NCBI GenBank assembly: GCA_963750165.1
Contig: CAVVPN010000011.1
Location: forward strand, 736,001 to 800,000
Direction of reading: 5' to 3'
Length of the DNA stretch: 64,000 bases
Origin: an uncultured Gemmataceae bacterium
GTDB lineage: Bacteria; Planctomycetota; Planctomycetia; Gemmatales; Gemmataceae
Shown: positions 10,744 through 19,504 of the stretch, one piece after another
How the letters are laid out: every line of letters begins with the position of its first letter
Position numbering within the stretch: the first letter of the stretch is position 1
Made by a program: the position numbers and the translations under genes
The notes under the pieces: generated by a model
The model's database searches: none
Seen by the model: only the letters and a program-made list of their open reading frames with translations
Told to the model about the DNA's origin: nothing

Positions 10744-11118
10744 TCAGCGCGGTTGGCCCGGATCGGCAGTTCCGCCGGCGCTGGGCGGCAACAGCGGCTT
10801 GCTGCCGTCTTTTGCCTGGGACGGTCGGCTTCTGCGGAGCACCACTATGAACACAATGGCTCCAATCAGCAGCACCGCCGAGCCAATCTGAATGGTGGTC
10901 CCCCATTCCTCCAACCAGTGGAGCGTGCCTTGCTCGGGAGGCGCGGCGTCCTCGTGGGGCGAGTTTTTCTTGGCCAGGAATTCCTGGTATGCCTTGGTGT
11001 TCTTGTAATTCTTCTGGTCGATTTCCTTGTCGTCGGCCAAGGCAAGGCCCGACCAGGCGAATACCAGGAACACGCCCACCGCAGCCACGGCACACAGCAC
11101 CGACACCCGTCTGTTCAT
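10744..11118 (-). CDS. Small exported membrane protein, unknown function
   Basis: Signal peptide plus C-terminal TM followed by RRSR; lies inside the operon. Confidence 0.65.
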   Translation of the reverse strand: MNRRVSVLCAVAAVGVFLVFAWSGLALADDKEIDQKNYKNTKAYQEFLAKKNSPHEDAAPPEQGTLHWLEEWGTTIQIGSAVLLIGAIVFIVVLRRSRPSQAKDGSKPLLPPSAGGTADPGQPR

Positions 11119-11155
11119 CGCACCCACCCTCATTGAATGATCCGCCAATATCTCA

Positions 11156-11815
11156 TCAGGATAAAGGCAACCGGAGAAAAACTACCAAATCATCGCCCCG
11201 ACTGCTGGCCGGCAAATCCGTCAGGGCCGTGTCGATCATCCCGTTGGGTCCGGCGGAAATAAGTCGGACGTACGTACTTGTGGGGTCACCCGTCGGCCAC
11301 TGAATGATGATCGGACTTCCCCAGGCGTCGATCAGGGCCGGGTCGCCCGTGGCGCCGAAGGTGGTCGTAAAACCATTCGTGGCGTTCACTGTGTAGGTGC
11401 CGGTCGGGTTGAGCAAATAGGGACCACGCCAACCGCGGTGCGTTGTGGGGTCGAACGTTTGCAGCGCCACCGGCAGGGCGGGATTGACCACGAAGAGATC
11501 CCTGAGCGTCGCCGGCGATTGCGTGGGATTGCCGGAGTACGCGAGCAGATCGTTCCAGTAGCCGGGTCGGTTCGGCGCACCCACAATGGTTTCGCGCAAG
11601 CGCTGCAAGGTTGCTTCCGTGGCAATTTGTTTGGGACTTTTGTTGTTCGGATCGCTGGCGTTGCCGACGTTTACCTGGAGGTTGGACAGCATGGGAACCA
11701 GGATCCCCGCCAGGGCAACAAGAATGACGAGGACGACCGCGAGCTCGGCCAGCGTCAGCGCGGCGCGCTGCCGTGATGCCGCTCCCCGAACCGCCGCAAA
11801 CCTTTGGTAACGCAT
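11156..11815 (-). CDS. Prepilin-type pseudopilin (GspG-like)
   Basis: RQRAA|LTLAELAVVLVILVALAG, WRGPYL, DAWGSP, LISAGPNG; AGGAG RBS. Confidence 0.85.
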   Translation of the reverse strand: MRYQRFAAVRGAASRQRAALTLAELAVVLVILVALAGILVPMLSNLQVNVGNASDPNNKSPKQIATEATLQRLRETIVGAPNRPGYWNDLLAYSGNPTQSPATLRDLFVVNPALPVALQTFDPTTHRGWRGPYLLNPTGTYTVNATNGFTTTFGATGDPALIDAWGSPIIIQWPTGDPTSTYVRLISAGPNGMIDTALTDLPASSRGDDLVVFLRLPLS

Positions 11816-11841
11816 CGCTGGTCTCCTGCCCGCGCAAAATG

Positions 11842-11882
11842 CGTTTACGTTTCGCGCCCGGGCAGAGCGCGAAACGTAAACG
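11842..11882. repeat. 16-bp perfect stem-loop after the first pilin gene
   Basis: CGTTTACGTTTCGCGC-N9-GCGCGAAACGTAAACG. Confidence 0.85.
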
Positions 11883-11915
11883 GCGTCCGACCTCAACAAC
11901 AACTCTCAGCAAACA

Positions 11916-12779
11916 TTAACTGCCGCCGGTCGTGAGCTGATACCAGTTCTGCAGCTCGTCGTTGATGCTCCCGAGGCCCGTGTCGTGGACCGGAGCACAA
12001 CCAACCAGTTGCGCCTGCGAGAAGAGGGGGACGGCCGTGTCCGACACCTTGAAAATGGCAACCAGGTGCTCGTAGCCGTACTCCGGATTCAAGACCGGTT
12101 GGTCGCCGAAATGAACCGGCGCTGCGGTCATCGTTTTGCCGACCATGCTGACGCGGTTGCCAATGCCGAGCACCACGTAACGCCCGGTGGTCGGCAGATT
12201 CATCGCTTGACACCGGGCCAGAGCGGCCGGATTGGCAGTCGGGTCCAGACCCGCCAGCACGGTCCCGGTGGTGATGGTAATCGGGGCGGTAGTGGGGTTG
12301 GGGTTGGTGTAGTAGTTAAAAGTGGGGTCGAAGCCAGCCGGGGCCGTCGCCCCCGCCGTAATCATGCTTTGGGCCTGGGTGATGCCCGTGCCATTGAGGG
12401 CACTGGCCTCCGCCGCCGTCAGGGTGAGGCCGGTCAGTTCCCCGTTGCCCGCGCCGTTGCCGCCGGAGACGACGCCCGCGGGCATCATGGACCCGCCCGC
12501 GAAGTAGTCGATGATGGTCGTGCCGTCACCCAGCGCGTCCCAGTTGTTGGGATAGGCGGCGTACAACTGCTGGTAAGTCGTGACGGACCGGACGCACTCG
12601 CCGATGTTGGTCGAGCAAGTCGAGGTGTGGGCACGCGTGAGCATGCTGGGCAGCATGGGCACCAGCAAGCCGGCCAACGCGATCAAAATCGTCATGACCA
12701 CGACCAACTCGATCAAGGTCAGGCCGCGCCGCTCCGGACACGGCCGAACGGCGCCGGGCGGGGAAGAAGAACGAATCAT
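11916..12779 (-). CDS. Prepilin-type protein, probable major pilin
   Basis: RRG|LTLIELVVVMTILIALAG; AGGAGG RBS; first gene of operon. Confidence 0.88.
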   Translation of the reverse strand: MIRSSSPPGAVRPCPERRGLTLIELVVVMTILIALAGLLVPMLPSMLTRAHTSTCSTNIGECVRSVTTYQQLYAAYPNNWDALGDGTTIIDYFAGGSMMPAGVVSGGNGAGNGELTGLTLTAAEASALNGTGITQAQSMITAGATAPAGFDPTFNYYTNPNPTTAPITITTGTVLAGLDPTANPAALARCQAMNLPTTGRYVVLGIGNRVSMVGKTMTAAPVHFGDQPVLNPEYGYEHLVAIFKVSDTAVPLFSQAQLVGCAPVHDTGLGSINDELQNWYQLTTGGS

Positions 12780-12839
12780 CAATGCCTCCTGGTGTGAAAC
12801 GGAGTCCTCGCGATCGTACGAGCACGCCACGGTAGCGCT

Positions 12840-12858
12840 CGTATAATTTTGTTATACG
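12840..12858. promoter_or_regulatory. Palindromic operator candidate upstream of pilus operon
   Basis: CGTATAA-TTTTG-TTATACG in an AT-rich patch ~60 bp upstream of the first pilin. Confidence 0.5.
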
Positions 12859-12934
12859 CGGATGATACTGGCAACCTCCGGCAGTTCAAGTGAAAATTGC
12901 TTTTTTTTGGCTTTTTCATGGAGCGTCTGGAGTT

Positions 12935-13381
12935 TCACCCAGGATCAGGTCCCCCCTCAGCGGGGTGTGCGACTCTCCGATGATCGTCGATCTTGTCGCC
13001 CTCAATGTGCCAGCCGCATTCGCCACAAAGCGGAGCCGTGCGATAGCACCCGTCGCAATAGAGTGGGCCGCCCCGGAAGAATTGTTCCAGCCGCGCCCCG
13101 TCCTCCGGTTGCAGCGTCCCCGGGTCGTCGGGAAGCAACAATTCGCCTCCGCAGGCGGCGCAGGGCTGCAGTCGGGAGTCGTGCGCCAGCGTGAGGAAGT
13201 GTTCGTGGACGTCGCGGGTGACGGTGCCCTGCCCCTGGCAGAGCGGGCAGGCCGTCCCCAGCTGGGCGGCGATGGCCTTGCGGATGAAGGCACTCTTGTT
13301 CGGCAGCCCGTTGAGCAGCCGGGCGAGCTCCGCCTCCACCTTGAACGAAACGACCTTGATCTGCGGGGTTTTGCGAGGCAT
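12935..13381 (-). CDS. Ribbon-helix-helix (CopG-like) regulator with four CxxC pairs
   Basis: VVSFKVEAELARLLNGLPNKSAFIRKAI followed by CPLC, CAAC, CDGC, CGEC and a terminal HxxxxH. Confidence 0.8.
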   Translation of the reverse strand: MPRKTPQIKVVSFKVEAELARLLNGLPNKSAFIRKAIAAQLGTACPLCQGQGTVTRDVHEHFLTLAHDSRLQPCAACGGELLLPDDPGTLQPEDGARLEQFFRGGPLYCDGCYRTAPLCGECGWHIEGDKIDDHRRVAHPAEGGPDPG

Positions 13382-13401
13382 GGTGGTGCTCTTGGTATCA
13401 G

Positions 13402-14436
13402 TTAGAGGGCGTAGACGGTCACCGCGCCGGCGGCCGTCGCCACGGCCAGCCGTTGGTCTTCCGTTGACCAGGCCAGTTGCGTGAGCGCCGCGGGGGCGGT
13501 GGCCCGGGCGAGCGGGCGGCGGCTTTTCTCCGGGTGCCAGACGAGGGCCAGCCCTTCCGCCCCGGCCGACGCCAGCAACGGGCCGGCGTGCTGGAACGCC
13601 AGGGCGGTCACGTTGTCCTGGTGCCCTTCCAGCTGCACCGGCTCCGTCCCCTCCGGCCCGGTGCCGGACACGTCCCAGACACAGGGCGCGGGTCCGCCGC
13701 CCGTCGCCAGGTAACGGCTCGTGGGGTCCCAGGCCAGTTCGCGCACCTTCGTCGGGTAGCCGGACATCATCAGGTCCTGGCCCGTCGCCACGGTCCAGAA
13801 ATGCACCGTGCAGTCCTGATCGCCTGTGGCGATATACTTGCCGTCCGGGCTCCAGGCCAGCGCGAGGATCGACCCCTTCCAGCGAAAGACGCCGGCCGGC
13901 TCCGTCCGCTCCGGCCGCCACAGGGCGAGCTGCCCGTAGGCGGCCGCGGCCAGCGCCGAGCCGTCGGGGGCCCACCGAATGTCCGCGACCGTGCTCGGGT
14001 GCGGGCCGAATTCGCGGACGAACTGGCCGGCGGCGTCCCACAGGCGCACCGTGCGGACGGCGGCGGTCGCCAGCCACGTCCCCGCGGGGTGCCAGGCCAC
14101 GCGCTCCACCCAGGCCGCGCCGCCGTCGAGCGCCCGATGCAGCCGCCCGGTGGCCCTGTCCCAGACGATCGCCTTGCCGTCCTGGCCCGCGCTGGCCAGC
14201 AGGTGGCCTTGCGGGTGCCAGGCCAGCGCGGCGGTGCCGAAGCCGTGGCCCGGCAGCGCGTGGCGGACGCGCCCCGTTCGGCCGTCGAACAGGGTGACCG
14301 GGCCGCTCACCGCGGCGGCGGCCAGCGTCTGCCCGTCCGGCGACCAGGCCAGGGCGATCACGTGGTCGTCCAGGCTGGCCTGCCAGCGCCGCAGGAGTTT
14401 CGGCCGGCGCGTGGGCGTGTTGCCTATACCAAACAT
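13402..14436 (-). CDS. WD40-repeat protein accompanying COG0523 GTPase
   Basis: About seven LAWSPDG/..VWD repeats; ATG 14436. Confidence 0.88.
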   Translation of the reverse strand: MFGIGNTPTRRPKLLRRWQASLDDHVIALAWSPDGQTLAAAAVSGPVTLFDGRTGRVRHALPGHGFGTAALAWHPQGHLLASAGQDGKAIVWDRATGRLHRALDGGAAWVERVAWHPAGTWLATAAVRTVRLWDAAGQFVREFGPHPSTVADIRWAPDGSALAAAAYGQLALWRPERTEPAGVFRWKGSILALAWSPDGKYIATGDQDCTVHFWTVATGQDLMMSGYPTKVRELAWDPTSRYLATGGGPAPCVWDVSGTGPEGTEPVQLEGHQDNVTALAFQHAGPLLASAGAEGLALVWHPEKSRRPLARATAPAALTQLAWSTEDQRLAVATAAGAVTVYAL

Positions 14437-14458
14437 GCCTTGAACCCCGCTTCCCCTT

Positions 14459-14517
14459 CGTGGCACGGCTCTCCCGAGCCGTCCGGCTCCGACACGGCTC
14501 GGGAGAGCCGTGCCACG
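14459..14517. repeat. GTGGC-type REP-like doublet hairpin flanked by a 26-bp direct repeat
   Basis: CGTGGCACGGCTCTCCCGAGCCGT...ACGGCTCGGGAGAGCCGTGCCACG; CCAAACATGCCTTGAACCCCGCTTCC at 14429-14454 and 14527-14552. Confidence 0.85.
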
Positions 14518-14521
14518 GATT

Positions 14522-15879
14522 CTAGGCCAAACATGCCTTGAACCCCGCTTCCAGTTGGCCGCGGTCCAGGTTGCGGCCGATGAAAATCAGCGTGTTGTGC
14601 CGCGCCTCGTCCGCGTCCCAGGGCCGATCCGGGCGGCCGTCGAACAGCATGTGGACGCCCTGGAAGACGAACCGCCGCGCGTCGCCTGCGATGCTCAGCA
14701 CGCCCTTCATGCGGAAGAGGTCCGGCCCCTGGTTCATCAGCAAATCACGCAGCCACTCGTTGAGCCGGTCCGCGTTCAGGTCGCCCGGCGTGGTGATGCC
14801 GACCGAGGTGACTTCTTCGTCGTGTTCGTGGTCCGGCTTGAACTCCCGGGCCGCCGCCGGCGCCACCGGCCCGGCCTGGTTGCGCAGGGTGGCGGCGAAC
14901 TCGTCGGGGTGGTGCTGCGTGAACAGAGCGTAGCCGCCGGGCCGGTCGATGTGGATGGGGAAGTGTGTCCCGCCGGGGGCCAGCCACAGCTTGTGCAGGC
15001 GCTTGCCGGGGTGCAGCGTCGTGCCCGGCGGCGCGGGCTGTTCCTCGTCCGAGAACGCCAGCACCGCGTCCATGACCGCGGCCGCCAGCGCTTCCGATCC
15101 GCGCCGGCCACCGGCAACAGCACCGCGTTCATGGCTGGGTCCGGGCCGTCACCCAGGGCCAGCACGTGGTCGCCCGCTTCCAGCCGGTAGACGCCGCCCC
15201 ACTCGAACGGGTACTCTGGCTCCATGAATTTCGGGTCGATCTCCAGCGCCCGGTCGAGGTTGAAGCCGCCGACGTTCAGGACGCGGTCCAGCTCCACCCG
15301 GGCGTTCTGGCAGCGCACCACGCGGGCGGCGGCGTTGATGTGCTGGATGCGTGCCTCCAGCCGGTCGAGGTCCGCCGCCGCCACCAGGTCGGTCTTGTTG
15401 AGCAGGATCACGTCGGCGAAGGCGATCTGTTCGCGGCACTCGTCGCTGTCGTCCAGGTGCTGCCAGACGTGCTTGGCGTCCACCACCGTCACGATGCCGT
15501 CCAGCCGCAGGTTCGTCTGCAGCTCCTCATCGACGAAGAACGTCTGCGCCACCGGCCCCGGGTCGGCCAGGCCGGTCGTCTCGATCAGGACGTAATCGAA
15601 GCGGTCCCTGCGCTTCATCAGGTTGCCGAGGATGCGAATCAGGTCGCCGCGCACCGTGCAACAGATGCAGCCATTGTTCATCTCGAAAATCTCTTCCTCG
15701 GCGTTGATGACCAGCTGGTGATCGACGCCGACCTCGCCGAATTCGTTCTCGATGACGGCAATGCGCTTGCCGTGCTGGGCCGTCAGAACGTGGTTCAGCA
15801 GCGTCGTCTTGCCGGCCCCGAGGAAGCCAGTCAGGACCGTGACGGGGACGCGCGCCTTCGTGTCGGTGGCGGTGGTCAT
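14522..15879 (-). CDS. COG0523/CobW-family metallochaperone GTPase, frameshift near 15095
   Basis: [29 protein letters not shown] and NKTD; CobW_C (RMKGVL, FQGVH, FIGRNLD) lies in the adjacent frame. Confidence 0.92.
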
Positions 15880-16172
15880 GGGTTCTCCTGGGGGTGAAGC
15901 TGGCGAAGTTCCTCGTCGGCCAGGCGGAGGACGTCGGCGAAGGTCACCTCCGCCAGCGGCCTGGGCAGTTTGTACAGACGCGGCGCGCCGGGCGTGTTCA
16001 CCAGGCCGATGACGGTCTCCAGCGGCGGACAGCCCGGCTCGGTGCAACGCAGCTCCAGCACCAGCACGGCGATTCCCGGCGGCAGCCGAAACACCTCGGC
16101 GGCCCACTGCCGGACCTCCGCGATTTTTTCGGCCTGACTCGGCGGCCTCGGCTCAAACAGATCAAGCGGCAT
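15876..16172 (-). CDS. Small conserved protein with [14 protein letters not shown] motif
   Basis: Overlaps both neighbours; CxxxxCPP motif typical of small genes found beside COG0523. Confidence 0.75.
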   Translation of the reverse strand: MPLDLFEPRPPSQAEKIAEVRQWAAEVFRLPPGIAVLVLELRCTEPGCPPLETVIGLVNTPGAPRLYKLPRPLAEVTFADVLRLADEELRQLHPQENP

Positions 16173-16839
16173 GGTGCGGCTCCTTCGTGTCGGCGTCGAT
16201 CTTGAACACGACCCGGCGCTGGCCACTGCCGAGGACGCGCGGCGAGCGGTGGATCATGCCGCCGTCCGCGTTGCCGGGCCAGCGGCTGCCCTTCAGCCAG
16301 GCCACCGCATAGAGCGGCAGCCGACGGACGCTGGCACCCGGCCGCAGCAGCCCGGATGCCTCGTCGGGCAGGCCGCCGGCACCGGGGCCGAGATTGGCGC
16401 GGTCCACGTCGGCGTTGTCCAGCCACTCCGTTGCCGGCCCCGCGTAGGTGCAGATCGACCGCAAGCGCACCCAGTCCACGTGAAAGCGCTCGCACTGGTT
16501 GTCGCCGGTCGCGATCAGTTTGAGGTGGTAGCGCGGCGCGTCGAGGAACGCGGCGAACAGCCGCAGCTGCACCAATATGTCGGCGCGGAAGGCGGCCAGG
16601 CTGGCGCTCGCGGGGAAACCGGAGAGCAGCCCGCCCACCTCCGGGTCCGCGGGGTCACAGACGGCGGTGCGCCGCAAATCCCCGGGCAGGAGCACGCCGC
16701 GGACGAACTCTTCCACCTCGGCGGCGACCGTGCGTCCGAGCACGCACAGGTTGAGGCGTGGTTCCCGAATCCGGTGCAGGTCGGCGGCGTGACTCCCCAG
16801 GACGGCGGAGGTGATCGGGTTGGCGTCAAGCAGGTTCAT
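16162..16839 (-). CDS. DUF1826 family protein
   Basis: CERFHVD, ICTYAGPATEWL, LKGSRW and HRSP motifs. Confidence 0.85.
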   Translation of the reverse strand: MNLLDANPITSAVLGSHAADLHRIREPRLNLCVLGRTVAAEVEEFVRGVLLPGDLRRTAVCDPADPEVGGLLSGFPASASLAAFRADILVQLRLFAAFLDAPRYHLKLIATGDNQCERFHVDWVRLRSICTYAGPATEWLDNADVDRANLGPGAGGLPDEASGLLRPGASVRRLPLYAVAWLKGSRWPGNADGGMIHRSPRVLGSGQRRVVFKIDADTKEPHHAA

Positions 16840-17204
16840 GCGCCGGCATTCTCCTTCGCAAAACGGTTCAGGCGTTTGGCGGCCAGGGCTTCCGGGAGAG
16901 GCACGACCGCCCCGGTCGATTGGCAGGCCCGCGCCCAACGAATCAGGGCGTCGTAATCCGCGTCGCCGGCGAGGCCGCCCAGCCACTCGGTCGCGGGCGG
17001 CAGCAGCAACAGGGCGACGTTGGCCACGTCACATGGCCCCAGGCAGCCGCTCACCGTCAACTGGATCGTCTGATTGAGCTTCTCCTGCTGCCAGATGGCC
17101 TTGATGCGCTCGACCGGCACTTCGGGGCGGCCGCGCTCCGTCCGGCCACAACAACAACCTTTGCAGAGAATCAACTGGCCCCGCGCTTGCCGTTTCGTGT
17201 TCAC
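16836..17204 (-). CDS. Thioredoxin-like (2Fe-2S) ferredoxin-domain protein
   Basis: CKGCCCG...SGCLGPC; start uncertain (GTG 17204 or TTG 17237). Confidence 0.75.
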   Translation of the reverse strand: MNTKRQARGQLILCKGCCCGRTERGRPEVPVERIKAIWQQEKLNQTIQLTVSGCLGPCDVANVALLLLPPATEWLGGLAGDADYDALIRWARACQSTGAVVPLPEALAAKRLNRFAKENAGA

Positions 17205-17362
17205 CTTGCAGTCCCCGTGACGGCGTTCGCGCACCAACCAGCAGCCCCAGGCGTTTTTTGTCCCCCGGCCGCGGCCTCCTTGCCGAGCCGCTCAGTCCTG
17301 CGCCCTCCTGAATTCACGGCCGGGGGAACGAGGTCGTCGCAATCGGGCTCGACATTGGAAAA

Positions 17363-17423
17363 AAGTATGAAAAGGTCATACTTGACAGTATCACAAAGTA
17401 TAACGGCCGGTTGCCGTCGTCAA
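17363..17423 (-). promoter_or_regulatory. Promoter/operator of the metal-homeostasis operon
   Basis: Minus-strand TTGACG-N15-TATACT; IRs AAGTATGA-N5-TCATACTT and GTCATAC-N6-GTATCAC. Confidence 0.55.
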
Positions 17424-17890
17424 CAGGAAAAAAAGAAAACCGTGCGACGGATGGCCGCGCGGCCGCGTGGAGAGGTTTGTGGATGAGGCGCGGCCGCTTG
17501 CTCCCGTCTGAGCGGATCGGTGTCACGCACAGCCCGGCCGCGGTGTAGGCGGTGGCGTGGCCAAGGACGGTAGGGGTTGGTGTGGCCCCGGCCTTGTCGG
17601 CGTTCGGACAGGAGGCACGCTTGGATTTGGTCGGTCGAGGGGTTCTCGTTGCAGTGGCATTGGAGGCGGCCCCTTTTGCTGGTGGCGTGATCGTCCGGAA
17701 TGGGTTGCCTCGCGCCCCCCCTGTACACACAATCGTCGCCGACGTACACCGAGATTGAGCCGCCGACAGGTTGGCACGGCGCGGCGACTGGTGGCGTGGG
17801 TCGCCACAGCAAGGGTGCCAAGAACGCCCAGAATGCCAACTTTTTCACACGTCGAGATTCAGCGCCCTGGCGCTTCCACAGGGGAATTCA

Positions 17891-18865
17891 ATGAGACACC
17901 TTGTCAACCTTGCCTTCCTGTGCTGGCTGCCGGCAGCGCTGTCCAGTGCGGCCCCTGGCCAGGTCGCGGCGACGCTCAAGGGGCACCAGCACACGATCAC
18001 CTGCCTGGCCTTCGCCCCGGACGGCAAGACGTTGGCCTCGGGCAGCAAGGACGGCTCCGTCATCCTGTGGGACGTGGCCACGGGCAAGCCGCGGGCCACC
18101 TTGCCCGGCCACAAGGACATGGTGATTTCCGTGGCCTTCGCCCCGGACGGCAAGACGCTGGCGTCCTGCAGTCATGACAGCGATATCAACCTCTGGGAGG
18201 TCGCCACGGGTAAGCGGGTCGGCACACTGCGGGGGCATGAGAAGGACGTGCGCGGACTCGCCTTCAGCCCGGACGGCAAGCTCCTCGCTTCGGGCGGCGT
18301 GGATAAGACCGTCCGGCTGTGGGCGTGGGCCGACGGCAAGGAACTGAAGCGCCTGACCGGACACACGGCGGAGGTGAACTGTGTGCGGTTTTCGCCGGAC
18401 GGCAAGACGTTGGCCTCGGGTGCCTGGGACCGTCAGGTGCTCCTCTGGGAGCCGGACACGGGCAAGCTCCGCGCCACGCTCAGCGGTCATCGGGAGTTCG
18501 TCCGCGACCTGCTCTTCACTGGCGACGGCAAGACACTCCTGTCGAGCGGCAAGGATGGCGTCATCCGCTTGTGGGACGTGGCGGCGGGCAAATGGCGCAA
18601 ATCCCTGGAAGGACACGAGGGGCTGGTGCGCTCGCTGGCGCTGACGCCGGACGGCAAACTCCTGGCGTCGGCGGGGCGCGACGGCACCTTGAACCTGTGG
18701 GACGTGGCCTCGGGCAAGGTCCGCGCCGCCCTCAAGGAGGGGGTGCTCGGCTTCCAGGTGGTGGCGTTCAGCCCGGACGGCCAGACGCTGGCCACCGGCG
18801 GCATCAACCGCAACGTCAGCCTGTGGAACGTGGCCGCGATCCTGGAGCGGAAACGGTTGAAGTAA
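17891..18865 (+). CDS. Secreted 7-bladed WD40 protein
   Basis: Signal peptide plus seven GH...FSPDG..LAS...WD repeats. Confidence 0.92.
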   Translation: MRHLVNLAFLCWLPAALSSAAPGQVAATLKGHQHTITCLAFAPDGKTLASGSKDGSVILWDVATGKPRATLPGHKDMVISVAFAPDGKTLASCSHDSDINLWEVATGKRVGTLRGHEKDVRGLAFSPDGKLLASGGVDKTVRLWAWADGKELKRLTGHTAEVNCVRFSPDGKTLASGAWDRQVLLWEPDTGKLRATLSGHREFVRDLLFTGDGKTLLSSGKDGVIRLWDVAAGKWRKSLEGHEGLVRSLALTPDGKLLASAGRDGTLNLWDVASGKVRAALKEGVLGFQVVAFSPDGQTLATGGINRNVSLWNVAAILERKRLK

Positions 18866-18868
18866 TTA

Positions 18869-18966
18869 TTGCAGATTGCGAATGGGTGTAGCGGAAGTCG
18901 CCAGACTTCCGAGCAGCACCGGACGGAAGTCTGGCGACTTCCGCTACACCCAACTGCGAACCGCTC
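18869..18966. repeat. MITE-like element with GTAG-REP doublet, copy 1
   Basis: GTAGCGGAAGTCGCCAGACTTCCG (18888) and inverted copy ending at 18947; outer imperfect IRs flanked by TA on both sides. Confidence 0.85.
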
Positions 18967-18998
18967 TAGGTAGTCACCACACAACCAGTCCCAGGTTT

Positions 18999-19040
18999 CG
19001 ATTGATCGGTTCGCGTGGGCCGCGCCGAACCGATCAATCG
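18999..19040. terminator. 15-bp hairpin between convergent genes
   Basis: CGATTGATCGGTTCG-N12-CGAACCGATCAATCG. Confidence 0.6.
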
Positions 19041-19063
19041 GGTTCTGATTGTGCGGTGACTCC

Positions 19064-19267
19064 TTATCCGCGGGCCCACATGCCGGTGCGCGGCGCGGCG
19101 CGGTCGTCACCCACGAGGACCGGCCCCTCGTCCCGCGGCGGACTGGCCAGCGGCACCCTGAAGGAGTGGCCGCAACCGGGGCAGTTCCGGCGCTGACCGC
19201 GGAGCAGCAGCGAAGCCTTGATGCGGGCCTGGCAACCGGGGCACTGGAAGCTGATGGACTGGCTCAT
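19064..19267 (-). CDS. Small zinc-ribbon protein
   Basis: MSQSISFQCPGC...NCPGCGHSF. Confidence 0.7.
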   Translation of the reverse strand: MSQSISFQCPGCQARIKASLLLRGQRRNCPGCGHSFRVPLASPPRDEGPVLVGDDRAAPRTGMWARG

Positions 19268-19504
19268 GGGGCCACCTTCGCGAAGGAGGGTCGGAGTGCG
19301 GGAAGGTAGGGGGGCTACTCCCGAGTCATGCTGGGAAGGGCCGCCCGCCGGGTTCAACATCACCACCACGGTATCGCACCGATGATGAAGAGCCACTGAA
19401 TCCGCGATGAGATTCCGATGAGAGCGCGGCAGACATCCCCAGTTCGGTCCCCTAAAAAGACAGGGCGTTTCCTTAACCTTCTCGCCGCGTTGGCCGGGTG
19501 TCTC

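Noticed and set aside
13382..14077. N-terminal extension of the RHH ORF to 380 aa
   Set aside because: Off-frame overlap with the WD40 gene; the RHH domain starts at 13381.
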